64,000 nt of DNA from Candidatus Hydrogenedentota bacterium (lineage in GTDB: Bacteria > Hydrogenedentota > Hydrogenedentia > Hydrogenedentales > JAEUWI01), in the NCBI GenBank assembly GCA_016182605.1, contig JACPGE010000107.1, forward strand, positions 10,631 to 74,630, given 5' to 3'. The notes under the pieces are model-generated. The model did not search any database. It saw nothing but the letters and a program-made list of their open reading frames with translations, and was not told the origin of the DNA. The position numbers and the translations under genes were made by a program. This document shows positions 9,297 through 19,552 of the stretch, piece by piece (within the stretch, counting starts at the first letter, position 1; each line of letters begins with the position of its first letter).

Positions 9297-10289
9297 ATGA
9301 TGACAAAAAAGCGATCCATGCATGCTCAGGCGATCCAACAACTTATCGAGCGGATGCCGGGGCGGAAACTGCCGGCAGAACGGGAGATGGCGGTCCAATT
9401 TGGCATCAGCCGGACCAAGTTGCGGGCGATCCTGGCAGAGTTTGAGACGGAAGGCCTGGTGGAGCGCCATCAAGGAAGCGGCACCTATGCGGTGGACGCC
9501 GCGAGCACCCGCATCGAGACGCTCGCCATTCTCATCGACAAGAATCTGAAGCTGGGAGACGATCCGTTCTTCACCTACTTCGTGGAAAAACTGCAACACA
9601 CCTTGCAGGAAAACCGGATACGTGCCGTGATCGAACGCATCGATCCCCTGACGAAGCCGATCGTGTTTGAAGATGCGGTGATCACGCTGGGGCTGGCCGG
9701 CGCGAATGTGGTGAAGCGGTGGCAGAAATCGGATCCGCCGCTGGCCGGCATGTGGATCAACGACACGCCGCGTCCCGGTGCGCGGGTGAGCCTGTTTCAA
9801 CTGGAAAACAGCGACGCGGGAAAAGATGCCGCGCGCCGGATCCTGATGAAGGAACTCTGCTTCGCGTATTTGATTGGCCGCTCTTCCATTCCGGATTGGA
9901 GCGATCGCGTTGCGGGCGCGCAAGCCATACTCGAAAGCGCGGGCGTGCAATCGGAGATCATCGATTGCGGGATGAACTATGCGGCGGGCCTGGAACTCGG
10001 CCACAACCTGCGCCAGCCTGCCAACCACGATAAATTTGGCATCATCGCGGCCAACGACTGGCTTGCCCTGGGCCTGCGCACGGGCTTGTCCGATCGCGGC
10101 GATGAAACGCTTGCACGCGCGCCCATCGTCAGCTTTGACGGGTTGACCGTGGCCTCCTCCCCCCGCCTGGGCATTGAATCGCTGACCATCCCCGTGGAAG
10201 AGATTGCGGAAGATGTGTTGGTCGAATTGCGCCGGTTGCGGCGCTTCCCCTCTTCCTCGGGCCGGGTCGTACGCTACCGGCTGACCTGA
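9297..10289 (+). CDS. GntR-family regulator with LacI-like effector domain (AraR-type chimera)
   Basis: KLPAEREMAVQFGISR...GLVERHQGSGTY winged HTH; C-terminal IIAANDWLALG and IVSFDG. Confidence 0.85.
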   Translation: MMTKKRSMHAQAIQQLIERMPGRKLPAEREMAVQFGISRTKLRAILAEFETEGLVERHQGSGTYAVDAASTRIETLAILIDKNLKLGDDPFFTYFVEKLQHTLQENRIRAVIERIDPLTKPIVFEDAVITLGLAGANVVKRWQKSDPPLAGMWINDTPRPGARVSLFQLENSDAGKDAARRILMKELCFAYLIGRSSIPDWSDRVAGAQAILESAGVQSEIIDCGMNYAAGLELGHNLRQPANHDKFGIIAANDWLALGLRTGLSDRGDETLARAPIVSFDGLTVASSPRLGIESLTIPVEEIAEDVLVELRRLRRFPSSSGRVVRYRLT

Positions 10290-10304
10290 TCGCGGGCCGT
10301 TGGC

Positions 10305-11174
10305 TTACAGGCCGCGCCAGTCTTTCCGGAAAGGCAGCGGGCTCTGGCCTTTTACTTTCTTGAAGGCCTTCGAAAAATGCAGCGGATCCTCAAAGCCCAC
10401 ACGCCGCGCGATCTCACCCACCGAAAGACTGGATGTCCGCAACAGTTCTCCCGCGCGATCCATTTTGTAGCCCGCCACGAATTGGGCGGGGGACATGCCA
10501 TAGTGACGCATGAAGAGCCGCCGCACCGTGGCCAGTGAGCAGCGACCCACGCCAGCAAGCACCTCCAGCCGGATGCTCTCCCCCACACGCGCTTCGATGC
10601 AGGCCACCATGCGCTCGAGTTGGCCAGGCGCATCTTCATGGCGCACCCGCGCGCCCGTTGCACCGTCTCTCAGTTCCATCACCAGCGCCTCCGCCATGCC
10701 GCGGCAGAATTGCTCGTCCGGTCCACGCTCGACGAAGCGCATGGCAATGTATTCCGCAAGATGTTCCAGGGGTCTGCGCTGTTTGAAATGGCCGCAAAGC
10801 AGACCATTGAGAAAGGGAAGGTCCACATCGCGCCGGAAGGCCCGGTGGGCCAGGGGATGATCGGAGTGATGTGCGACTTCGAAGACCGCCTCGACCCCGG
10901 GGTCGTGATACGGAAGCCAATGGATGGCGCCCACCAGAAGCGGGTCTTCCGGTTGCGGCCGGTAATCAATCGCATGCGCCCAGGGCAGCACGGCGAAGCA
11001 TCCCGGTTCGAAGGGGAGATCCTGACCGTTCACGCGGATGCTTCCGCGGCCCTGCCGGCACCATAGCAGCATGCGGCTCTCCACCCGGGGATGACGGATG
11101 CGTTCGTGGGGCGCGAACTGCCACCAGTTCGCGTGCACAATTATGGGGCTCAACGGCGTGACGTTTTTTAACAT
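10305..11174 (-). CDS. AraC-family transcriptional regulator
   Basis: N-terminal cupin-like domain; C-terminal LSVGEIARRVGFEDPLHFSKAFKK. Confidence 0.92.
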   Translation of the reverse strand: MLKNVTPLSPIIVHANWWQFAPHERIRHPRVESRMLLWCRQGRGSIRVNGQDLPFEPGCFAVLPWAHAIDYRPQPEDPLLVGAIHWLPYHDPGVEAVFEVAHHSDHPLAHRAFRRDVDLPFLNGLLCGHFKQRRPLEHLAEYIAMRFVERGPDEQFCRGMAEALVMELRDGATGARVRHEDAPGQLERMVACIEARVGESIRLEVLAGVGRCSLATVRRLFMRHYGMSPAQFVAGYKMDRAGELLRTSSLSVGEIARRVGFEDPLHFSKAFKKVKGQSPLPFRKDWRGL

Positions 11175-11275
11175 AAATTGGCCATGTTTTCCATGTTCAT
11201 TGAACTTATTTTACCGTATGATGGGTTCTTGGGCAAGACACAACGCCGCTGCGGACCGGCGAAGGAAGACAGGCT

Positions 11276-12202
11276 ATGACTACGGCTACCGCTGGGTTTT
11301 TGGATGCGACTCCGCTCTTGGGGGATCCCGCTGCCTTACGTGCGCAGGCAGAGCAAGACGGCCTCCTATTCTTTAAAGGACTCCTGCCCCGGGATGCCGT
11401 GCTGGCGTTGCGCCTTCAGTTTCTCACGATCCTGGACCAGTACGGATTGCTCGATCGGGAAGCAGGGGTCGAGGCCGGGCTGGTAAATGCGGCGGCGGTG
11501 GAACGGATCGCCAAGGCCGATGTCACCTTCTGTGGCACGGGCGTTCCCTTCGACGTATACGCGAGCATTCAACGGCTGGAAGCCTTTCACCGGCTGGCGC
11601 ACCACCCGCACTTGCTGCGCGTGTTTGAGACGCTCTTTGAGCGGCCCTTCTTCCCGCATCCGCGCAACATCGCGCGCATCATGCTGCCGTCGCCGTTCAA
11701 CACACCCACGCCGCCGCACCAGGATTTTCTGCATGTGCAGGGCACGACAGACACGTGGACAACGTGGGCGCCGATCGGGGACGTGCCGCGCGCGCTGGGC
11801 AGCCTCACGCTGATCCGGGGTTCTCACCGCAACGGACTCATGGACGTGAAAGAGGCCGAAGGCGCGGGCAATCTGGAGACGTGGTTGTGCGGACCGTCGT
11901 TCGACTGGGTGGAAGGCGATTACGAAGCGGGAGACGCTGTAGTCTTCCACAGCTACACCGTGCACAAGGCGCTTCCCGCGAAGATCCGGGACCGGGTGCG
12001 CCTGTCGTGCGATTTCCGCTATCAGCCGCTGGAGCAGACGGTGGAGGAGAAATCGTTGCGGCCCCACTGCGACGTGCTGGAATGGGAAGAAATCTATGCG
12101 GGCTGGGAGCGGGATGACCTAAAGTATTACTGGCACCATCACGATCTGCGATACAGCCCGTGGGATGAATCCATCCGCTGGCAGAAAGACAAAATCTGCT
12201 GA
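11276..12202 (+). CDS. Phytanoyl-CoA dioxygenase (PhyH) family Fe(II)/2-oxoglutarate dioxygenase
   Basis: TPPHQD (HxD), TTWAPIGD, RGSH, GDAVVFHSYTVHKA, VRLSCDFRY. Confidence 0.88.
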   Translation: MTTATAGFLDATPLLGDPAALRAQAEQDGLLFFKGLLPRDAVLALRLQFLTILDQYGLLDREAGVEAGLVNAAAVERIAKADVTFCGTGVPFDVYASIQRLEAFHRLAHHPHLLRVFETLFERPFFPHPRNIARIMLPSPFNTPTPPHQDFLHVQGTTDTWTTWAPIGDVPRALGSLTLIRGSHRNGLMDVKEAEGAGNLETWLCGPSFDWVEGDYEAGDAVVFHSYTVHKALPAKIRDRVRLSCDFRYQPLEQTVEEKSLRPHCDVLEWEEIYAGWERDDLKYYWHHHDLRYSPWDESIRWQKDKIC

Positions 12203-12266
12203 TACCTTTCTCAGACCGCCGGCGGCCCGGCACAACCCTGGAGCGCGTGCAGACGCGGGAAATGCT

Positions 12267-13253
12267 ATGCAATTGCCTTGGACACGAACCGCAACGAAGT
12301 TCTTTGTTTCGGCCCTGATGTTTTCCCTCACGGCCATTCACACCGGATGCGGCGCCGATCAGGCGGCGCTCGATCCGTTCTTGCGCGGGCTAATGACGCC
12401 GTACTCCGATCTGAACGTGGAACTCGTTTCGATCCCGCCCAACGGCGTCCCCGCGTATGCGGTGTATCAGACCGCGAAGAAGAACGACGTGAAGCCGGCG
12501 GTCATCGTGCTCCATGGCGGCGAGGCAGGCGATGCGGACAAGAACCAGCCCTTCACCTGGTACTGGCCGCAAGAGCTGGCGCGCCTGGGCTACTACGTCG
12601 TGTGTCCCGATGCGTGGGGATGCGGCGCGCATCCGGGTGTGGCGGACTTCAAAGCCATGACCGGCGCCACATTCTTCACGAAGCTCGCGCCACGGGTGCT
12701 CAACACGGCAGACGACAATCTGAAGATACTCGACTGGCTCCAGGAACAACCGGGAGTGGACGGTGAGAAGGTGGCCGTGATCGGCATCTCGGCGGGCGCG
12801 GTGACGACGCTTGCAACAGCCATGAAGAGCGATCGCTTTTCCACCTTTGTGGCGGTCTCGAGTTTGAGCGGCTTTCTCTCGAAGGACTGGGAGTCCTGCT
12901 GGCTCTACCAGTTGCAGGGCATCACGGACGTAAGTGCGCGATCGGAAGAAGAAGTGGCCGCAGTGAAATCCTTCGACGCCATCCACCATCTGGACGCCAT
13001 CGCGCGGAAGCCGTTGTTGCTGGTGCATGGCGAAAGCGATCAACTGGCGCCGCCGCTCTTTGCCCAACGACTCCACGAGAAGCTGTTGCCACTTTACGCG
13101 GAGCGCCCGGATGCCCTGCGCTACGCGGCGTTTGATGCCTATCCCATGCCAAAGCATCGCGCCCCGGAAATGATTGAGCGCCTGGTAACCCACGCACCAA
13201 GCCCGGCCATGACCGCAGCGGTCATGGCGTGGCTGGAAAACCACCTCAAGTAA
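12267..13253 (+). CDS. Exported (possibly lipoprotein) alpha/beta-hydrolase / esterase
   Basis: VIVLHG, GISAG nucleophile elbow, LLLVHGESD, C-terminal His; hydrophobic leader ending TGC. Confidence 0.75.
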   Translation: MQLPWTRTATKFFVSALMFSLTAIHTGCGADQAALDPFLRGLMTPYSDLNVELVSIPPNGVPAYAVYQTAKKNDVKPAVIVLHGGEAGDADKNQPFTWYWPQELARLGYYVVCPDAWGCGAHPGVADFKAMTGATFFTKLAPRVLNTADDNLKILDWLQEQPGVDGEKVAVIGISAGAVTTLATAMKSDRFSTFVAVSSLSGFLSKDWESCWLYQLQGITDVSARSEEEVAAVKSFDAIHHLDAIARKPLLLVHGESDQLAPPLFAQRLHEKLLPLYAERPDALRYAAFDAYPMPKHRAPEMIERLVTHAPSPAMTAAVMAWLENHLK

Positions 13254-13306
13254 TTGCTGTGCAGTTGCTTGCACCCAGGAAGGCATATCACACCTTATAA
13301 ATCCAT

Positions 13307-13335
13307 TTGACAAGTATAGGTTCTTTTGGTATTTT
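13307..13335 (+). promoter_or_regulatory. Sigma70-type promoter for the GHMP kinase-PhyH-GH51 operon
   Basis: TTGACA-17 bp-TATTTT with a TG extension. Confidence 0.6.
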
Positions 13336-13435
13336 GCAGAGAACCCGGATCCCTCCCTCGGACGCCACGATCCGAGGCGCTTGGGACCGGCAAGGGACCG
13401 ATACGGCGGTGCGAGCGCCGGTGCGAGGGCAGGCC

Positions 13436-14503
13436 ATGGGTGAACGAGACGGAGTGCGCTTCTTTGCGCGGGCTCCCGTGCGCATCGACTGTTCGGGGGG
13501 AGGCAGCGATGCACCGCCCTTCTGCACAGAGTACGGCGGGCACGTGGTGAACTTTGCCATCAATCACTACGTGTACGCGTGTGTGGAGCCTCGCTGGGAA
13601 AGTGAAGCGGTGGAAATTACCAGCCACGATCTCGGCGAATCCGCGACGGCGCCCAACGCGCAGGCACTGGAGATGGGCGGCATGCTCAATCTCCTCAAGG
13701 GGGTGGTGCGGCGTTTGAATGCGCCCTTCGGGCTGCGGCTGACAACAGAATCGGACGTCTCTCCCGGGTGCGGACTGGGAGCATCCGGGGCGATGATGGT
13801 GGCCTGTCTCGCGGCGATGGATGCCGCGATGGGGACACGGCGCAGCCGTACGGCAACGGCGGCGCTGGCGAACGAGATAGAGCGCGACGATCTCGGGCTG
13901 TCCGGGGGCTGCCAGGACAGTTACGCGGCGGCGTGTGGCGGCATCAATTTCATCACCATACCAACCGACGGCCGCGTGCATTGCGAACCCATTCCGTTAA
14001 GCCCGGCGTCGCGCTTCACACTGGAGCAACACCTCTTGCTTGCGCATACGGGGGCGGTGCACCTGTCCTCCTCCATACACGACGATATCCGGGCGGACTA
14101 TGCACTGCCTCAGAGTGCCACAAAAGACGCGATGCGCAAGCTCTCTTCGATCGCGGTTCAAATGCGCGCGGCACTGCTATCGGGCGAACTGGAACATTTC
14201 GCGGCGCTCATGAGCGGGAACTGGACCCAGCATAAACGATTGCACCCGAGTTGCGAAGGCGTCACGCTTCGGCGCTTTCATGAACAGATGGCGCCTTACG
14301 TGGCAGGGGCGAAGACCTGCGGCGCGGGCGGCGGCGGCTGTGTGGCCCTCTTCGCGAAAGAAGGCCAGCGCAACGCGATCAAGGCGGCCTGCCACCTCGT
14401 GGGCGCGGATCTGCTGCCTTTCTCCATTGACGATACCGGAGTTCAGACCTGGCGGGTATCGAGCATCACGCCAGCACCAATGACCCTCTCAAAAGGAAGA
14501 TAA
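13436..14503 (+). CDS. GHMP-family sugar kinase (HddA / fucokinase-like)
   Basis: ARAPVRIDCSGGGSD, PGCGLGASG, GGCQDSYAAACGG, KTCGAGGGG. Confidence 0.82.
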   Translation: MGERDGVRFFARAPVRIDCSGGGSDAPPFCTEYGGHVVNFAINHYVYACVEPRWESEAVEITSHDLGESATAPNAQALEMGGMLNLLKGVVRRLNAPFGLRLTTESDVSPGCGLGASGAMMVACLAAMDAAMGTRRSRTATAALANEIERDDLGLSGGCQDSYAAACGGINFITIPTDGRVHCEPIPLSPASRFTLEQHLLLAHTGAVHLSSSIHDDIRADYALPQSATKDAMRKLSSIAVQMRAALLSGELEHFAALMSGNWTQHKRLHPSCEGVTLRRFHEQMAPYVAGAKTCGAGGGGCVALFAKEGQRNAIKAACHLVGADLLPFSIDDTGVQTWRVSSITPAPMTLSKGR

Positions 14504-14506
14504 ATC

Positions 14507-15349
14507 ATGAATACAGCATTGGCGGCCGTTCCAGACCTCGCGGGAGACTACGCCTTGAGTGTGCCCACCATAGAGCGCTTCCGCAGTCAGGGGCACGCGG
14601 TCTTGCGCGGGTGCGCCGGCCGCGAAGACGTGCTCGCGTACCGCGATTACATCGCGGGCGTGGTCGAGCGCCTGAAATATGAAGCGCGGGGCGGCGTGTA
14701 CAACACGAAGCTCGAAGAGCGGGACACCTACCACAAGGCATTTGTGCAACTTGAAAATCTGTGGACCCAGGATGAAGGGGTAAAACGCTTCACCTTCGCG
14801 CGCCGCCTGGCAAAGATCGCCGCGGAACTGCTGGGGGTGGACGGGGTGCGTCTCTACCACGATCAGGCCCTGTTCAAAGAGGCAGGCGGCGGGCATACGC
14901 CCTGGCATCAGGATCAATACTATTGGCCCATCGACAATCCGAACACGGTGACCATGTGGATGGCCCTGGATGATTGCCCGATCGAGATGGGCTCCCTCGT
15001 GTTCGCGGATGAATCCCATACGGCGGGCTCGCTCGCTTCCTTGGCGATTTCGGATGAGTCGGAACGCGTGTTCCGGGACGAGGTGATACGCCGCGGGCTG
15101 CCGTTGAGCATCAACGAGATGAACGCGGGCGACGCGACGTGGCACTACGGCTGGACCCTGCACAAGGCTCCGGGCAATATAACGAACCGCGAACGGCGCG
15201 CCATGACCATCATCTACGTGGCCGATGGCGCCCGCGTTTCCGAGTTCAAAACGGATCGCCACCCGCGGGAGGCTTCGAGATGGCTGCCGGGCCTGCAGCC
15301 GGGCGACCTGGTGGACTCAGCACTGAATCCCGTGCTCTACTCCAAATAA
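14507..15349 (+). CDS. Second PhyH-family Fe(II)/2OG dioxygenase
   Basis: RLYHDQALFKEAGGGHTPWHQD, TMWMALDD, GDATWHYGWTLHKA, RRAMTIIY. Confidence 0.88.
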   Translation: MNTALAAVPDLAGDYALSVPTIERFRSQGHAVLRGCAGREDVLAYRDYIAGVVERLKYEARGGVYNTKLEERDTYHKAFVQLENLWTQDEGVKRFTFARRLAKIAAELLGVDGVRLYHDQALFKEAGGGHTPWHQDQYYWPIDNPNTVTMWMALDDCPIEMGSLVFADESHTAGSLASLAISDESERVFRDEVIRRGLPLSINEMNAGDATWHYGWTLHKAPGNITNRERRAMTIIYVADGARVSEFKTDRHPREASRWLPGLQPGDLVDSALNPVLYSK

Positions 15350-15383
15350 TCCACGGCAGGCGGACGCAAAGGACGCGAAGCCC

Positions 15384-16931
15384 ATGAGAAAGATTTGTTG
15401 TGCCCTGTGCACGGGCGCACTGTTGCTGGTTTTCTTGTCCACCACAAGCGCCGGTGCAGACGCGATCCAGATTCAGATCGCGCCGGAACAGGCAGGCCAT
15501 GTGATTCATCCGAATCTCTACGGCCAATTTGCCGAGCACGTGGGCGCCTGCATCTACGATGGCCTCTGGGTGGGTCCGGACTCCGGGATACCCAACGACG
15601 ATGGTCTGCGCCTGGACACGCTCGAAGCCTTGCGCGCGCTGGAGCTTCCCGTCGTGCGCTGGCCGGGCGGTTGCTTTGCGGACACCTATCATTGGCGCGA
15701 TGGCGTGGGACCGCGCGCGGAGCGGCCGCATCGGATGACCACCTGGGGCGAATTGGAGAGCAATGCCTTCGGCACGGACGAGTTTCTGCGTTTCTGCAAG
15801 CTAATCGGAGCACAGCCCTATCTCTGCGTGAATGTGGGATCGGGCACCCCGGAGGAAGCGCGGGACTGGGTGGAGTACTGCAACGGGACCCTCGATACCC
15901 CCAACGTAAATCTGCGCAAGGCGAATGGACATGACGCGCCGTATGGAGTGCGTTATTGGGGCATCGGCAACGAGAACTGGGGTTGCGGCGGGAGCATGCG
16001 TCCCGAGTTTTATGCCGATGAGTTCCGGCGCTTCGCCACCTTTGTTCATCAGGCGGCAGGGCCCGAGGCAGAAATCTTTGCGTGCGGCTCCTACATCACG
16101 CGCGGCGCGTGGGACGAGCGCTTCCTCGCGACGATGGAGGATGCGAAGCACCTGGTGGACTACCTGGCGGTGCACTACTACGCCAACCAGAGCGTGCCGT
16201 CCGCGGACTTTCCAGACGAGACCTATCACAAGTTGCTGGCCGGCAACGTGGGGGAACTGGAGGCCTGCCTGGAGCGCACGGTCAATCTGCTGAAAACGCA
16301 CCGGCAGGGAAAGCATGAAATCAAGATCGCGCTGGACGAATGGGGCGCCTGGTTCTCGGATGCCACGCTGGAGAAGGGCTTCCGGCAGCAGAACACCATG
16401 CAGGACGCCCTCTTTGCAGCGGCGTGCTTCCATGTCTTCCACCGCTTCGGAGAGCAGTTGCTCATGTCGAACATGGCGCAGACCGCCAATGTCTTGCAGG
16501 CGCTGGTGCTGACCGAGGGCGCGCAGTTCCATGTGACGCCCACCTATCACGTCTATGAGATGTTCAAACCGCACCGGGGTGGACAATACATACCCGTGGC
16601 CTTGGAAGGGACGACCGAGATCCAGGCGCCCGCTGGCGTGTCGCGGCCGGGACAGTCCGTGTCCGCGTCCCTTTCCGCGGGCGGTGGCGCCTTGTTCGTT
16701 TCCATGCTCAATCTGGAGATCGCACAGGCTGCCACGGTTGCACTCAACGTGCCCGGCGCCTGGAAGCCCGTGCGTATGCGCCGGCTGGCAACGGGCGATC
16801 TCCGCAGTCATAACACCTATGCCGCGCCAGATCGGGTAACGCCCGAGGAACTCCCCCTCCCCGATGCGGCGGCCCTGGCTTCGTTCAGCCTGCCGCCCCA
16901 ATCCATAACCACGGTGCTGTTCGAGAAATAG
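15384..16931 (+). CDS. Secreted alpha-L-arabinofuranosidase (GH51)
   Basis: Signal peptide; YGQFAEH, RWPGGCFAD, FGTDEF, WGIGNENWGCGG, LDEWG, MAQTANVLQ. Confidence 0.9.
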   Translation: MRKICCALCTGALLLVFLSTTSAGADAIQIQIAPEQAGHVIHPNLYGQFAEHVGACIYDGLWVGPDSGIPNDDGLRLDTLEALRALELPVVRWPGGCFADTYHWRDGVGPRAERPHRMTTWGELESNAFGTDEFLRFCKLIGAQPYLCVNVGSGTPEEARDWVEYCNGTLDTPNVNLRKANGHDAPYGVRYWGIGNENWGCGGSMRPEFYADEFRRFATFVHQAAGPEAEIFACGSYITRGAWDERFLATMEDAKHLVDYLAVHYYANQSVPSADFPDETYHKLLAGNVGELEACLERTVNLLKTHRQGKHEIKIALDEWGAWFSDATLEKGFRQQNTMQDALFAAACFHVFHRFGEQLLMSNMAQTANVLQALVLTEGAQFHVTPTYHVYEMFKPHRGGQYIPVALEGTTEIQAPAGVSRPGQSVSASLSAGGGALFVSMLNLEIAQAATVALNVPGAWKPVRMRRLATGDLRSHNTYAAPDRVTPEELPLPDAAALASFSLPPQSITTVLFEK

Positions 16932-16936
16932 TCTTC

Positions 16937-18352
16937 TCAGTGCGGCGCCGCGAGCCGTGCTGCGCGGCGCCGTTCGAGCTCGACACGCGCCTCCCGCACC
17001 TGCTTTTCCCGCACGGGATACACGAGTGCAATGAGGGAGGCAATGCCCAGAGGCAAAAGCGGGGCAAAGGCCAGGATCATCCGCAGCCGGTACACCGTCT
17101 CCCCGGTCTGCATGGTGGCGGTTTCATCGAAGTGGGCGAAGTGCTGCAGGAGTTGCGCAAAGCCCCACACGCCGATGGGCGCGGCCATCTTGATGCAGAA
17201 GAACATGACCGCGGAGTAGGAACCCTCGCGCCGCGCATTGGTGCGCAGCTCGTCCAGGTCGACGAGATCGGCCACCATGGCCTGCGCGTACATGGAGGTT
17301 CCGGTGAAACCGACGGCGACGGGTACATTGAACAAGAGGGTGAGATAGGGCGCCTCGGGCGTCAGCAAGTACCAACTGAAGAGCGGGGAAACGCAGAAGA
17401 TGGAAACGCAGAACAGCATGGCGCGCTCTTTGCCCACGCGCAGGCCAAGCCCCGCGAGGAGCGGCACGGCGGCCATGGCGGTGAGATTGAACGCCAGGCC
17501 TTGCAGCATGAGCAGGAGTCCCGCGGCCTGGGAATCGCCGCCATAGACATGGTGGATGATGATGTAATTGCTGGCCTGAAATCCCAAGAGGGTGCCGAGG
17601 ATAACCATGAAGATCATGGCCGCGAGCAACCAGAAGGCAGGATTGTGGAAGGTGGCGCGGAGTCCCGCAATGAAGGGGACGGATGGCTGTTTCTGGGCTT
17701 CGGCGCTCTCCCGGGTGCCCCAGTAGGTGAGCGCCATGCCCAGAAAGCCCAAAATGGCAAAGCTGATCCCAACGATGGCAAACCCGGTGCGGTGCCCGCC
17801 GAAAATTTCGAGGCCGGCAAGAAACCAGCAAGACGCCGCCAATATCGCCGCGATGCGGTTCATAAAGGAGCGGTAGGCGTTGAGCCGCGTGCGCTCGTGG
17901 TAATCCATGGAGAGTTCGGCGCCAAGGCCGCTGTAGGGCACCATGAAAAAGGTGTAGAAGGTGAAGTAAAGGAAGGCGAGAACGGCGAGGTACCAGAAAT
18001 ACCCGTTCGAACTTAGGCCGGGCGGCGCGGCGCACATGAACGCGAATACGATGGCAAAGAAGAGCCCGCCAACGAGAATATAGGGCCTCCGCCGGCCCCA
18101 TCGGCCGCGGGTGTTGTCCGAGAGGTGGCCGACCATGGGGTCGAAGATTGCGTCCCAAAGACGGGTGACGAGAAAGGCATTGGCGATCCAGGTCGCGGGC
18201 ACCATGAGGATCGTGTTGTAATAGAGGAAGAGGTAGTTATTCGTGACTTCTTCGAGGATTCCGGAGCCGAAACCGCCCGCGCCAAAGGAAAGCTTGGTCT
18301 TCCGGCTCAACATCTGGTGATCTTCGGGACGATCGAACTCGTTGCTGCCCAC
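16937..18352 (-). CDS. GPH/MFS glycoside-pentoside-hexuronide:cation symporter
   Basis: WDAIFDPMVGHLSD, WGRRRPY, VPYSGLGAELSMDYHERTRL, RREG; about 12 hydrophobic segments. Confidence 0.9.
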   Translation of the reverse strand: MGSNEFDRPEDHQMLSRKTKLSFGAGGFGSGILEEVTNNYLFLYYNTILMVPATWIANAFLVTRLWDAIFDPMVGHLSDNTRGRWGRRRPYILVGGLFFAIVFAFMCAAPPGLSSNGYFWYLAVLAFLYFTFYTFFMVPYSGLGAELSMDYHERTRLNAYRSFMNRIAAILAASCWFLAGLEIFGGHRTGFAIVGISFAILGFLGMALTYWGTRESAEAQKQPSVPFIAGLRATFHNPAFWLLAAMIFMVILGTLLGFQASNYIIIHHVYGGDSQAAGLLLMLQGLAFNLTAMAAVPLLAGLGLRVGKERAMLFCVSIFCVSPLFSWYLLTPEAPYLTLLFNVPVAVGFTGTSMYAQAMVADLVDLDELRTNARREGSYSAVMFFCIKMAAPIGVWGFAQLLQHFAHFDETATMQTGETVYRLRMILAFAPLLPLGIASLIALVYPVREKQVREARVELERRRAARLAAPH

Positions 18353-18411
18353 GCAGTGGCCTCCACAGTGCGGTTCCGCGTTGCCGATGGGGTAATGCCA
18401 TGTTGCACAAA

Positions 18412-18439
18412 GCGGGGCCGGCCTCTTGGCCGGCCCCGC
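18412..18439 (-). terminator. GC-rich hairpin between the DUF1559 gene and the symporter (weak terminator or mRNA stabiliser)
   Basis: 12-bp perfect stem GCGGGGCCGGCC/GGCCGGCCCCGC with a 4-nt loop, followed by only TTTGT on the minus strand. Confidence 0.55.
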
Positions 18440-18493
18440 ATTACGTTCGTCATCGCCAGGACCATGATCGGCCCGATGGGCGTATTCTACTGC

Positions 18494-19552
18494 CTAGAAC
18501 TGATTGATCGCATCGGGGCCGTTTCCGGTCCAGATGGCCATCCATTCGCCGGCAAGAATGCCCCAATTGCCGCCGCCCAGTCCAGCGTCGTCCTTCGCGC
18601 CCACGGGATAATCCGCAAAGAGCTTGATGAAGCTCACGTGACCATCGAGGTAGAGCACGTTGGCCCCGCCGGGGACATGGTTGAAGGTGTTCAGTCCGGT
18701 AACGGCGGTCACCGTGATGCCATCGGGGCCCAACTGCGCGCCCGTGGACCAGGAGTCCATCATGAGCGGAATGGTGCTCTGTGCCGCGGCGCTTCCGGAC
18801 GGGTTATTGATGTCCGTGATGAAGAAGCGCTCGATGCCTTCGCGCTGCCGGTAGACCACATCAAAGGGACGATAGACGTCGTAGGGCGGTCCCGCTTCCA
18901 CCGCACCGGAGATCACGGTGAAGAGCAAATCCGCGTAACCATGCCCGGACAGTTCCCCTGCGCTGACGTCGAAGTCGAGGTCGTGCACCGCGGTGCCTTC
19001 CAGCTTGTCCGCGAGGGTGTAGGTCTGGGTGCAATCGGCCGCAACGGTGTAGCGCTGGGTTCCGGGCGAACCGAGAACGCCGGCCGCGAACCACGCCGCG
19101 CCGTTGCCCGCGAGGAAGGAGGCCCAGTCGGCCGCGGCCCACGCGAAGTAGAAGTAGTTGTCGGGATAGCCGAGCGCGGCGTTGTAGGTGCCCGCGTCGC
19201 AGTTGGCCACGACTTCCTGCATGTCCTCTTCCGTGCGCTTGCTTGCGGAGGAGGGGCAGAACTTCAGGTTGAAGTCGTTCCAGTATTCCGGATAGAGGGA
19301 GGCGGCATCAATACCGCCCGGGTTGGCCAGATAGCCCAGCGCCGGGGGGAACTTTTCGCCCTTCGATTCGTTCGAGTACATCTTCATGATGATGCCCCAC
19401 TGCTTCAGGTTGTTCTGACAACTGGCGCGGCGGGCGGCTTCGCGCGCGCGGGCCAGGGCCGGCAGCAAAATGGCAGCCAGAATACCGATGATCGCGATAA
19501 CCACCAGCAGTTCGATTAGCGTGAATCCCTTTCGGGCTTGACACGTACGCAT
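18494..19552 (-). CDS. DUF1559 prepilin-type N-terminal cleavage/methylation protein with H-X9-DG motif
   Basis: RKG|[42 protein letters not shown]; C-terminal [17 protein letters not shown]; perfect SD AAGGAGGT. Confidence 0.92.
   Translation of the reverse strand: MRTCQARKGFTLIELLVVIAIIGILAAILLPALARAREAARRASCQNNLKQWGIIMKMYSNESKGEKFPPALGYLANPGGIDAASLYPEYWNDFNLKFCPSSASKRTEEDMQEVVANCDAGTYNAALGYPDNYFYFAWAAADWASFLAGNGAAWFAAGVLGSPGTQRYTVAADCTQTYTLADKLEGTAVHDLDFDVSAGELSGHGYADLLFTVISGAVEAGPPYDVYRPFDVVYRQREGIERFFITDINNPSGSAAAQSTIPLMMDSWSTGAQLGPDGITVTAVTGLNTFNHVPGGANVLYLDGHVSFIKLFADYPVGAKDDAGLGGGNWGILAGEWMAIWTGNGPDAINQF

Noticed and set aside
13307-13435. Longer TTG start for the GHMP kinase
   Set aside because: The TTG is part of the -35 TTGACA; family similarity starts after ATG 13436
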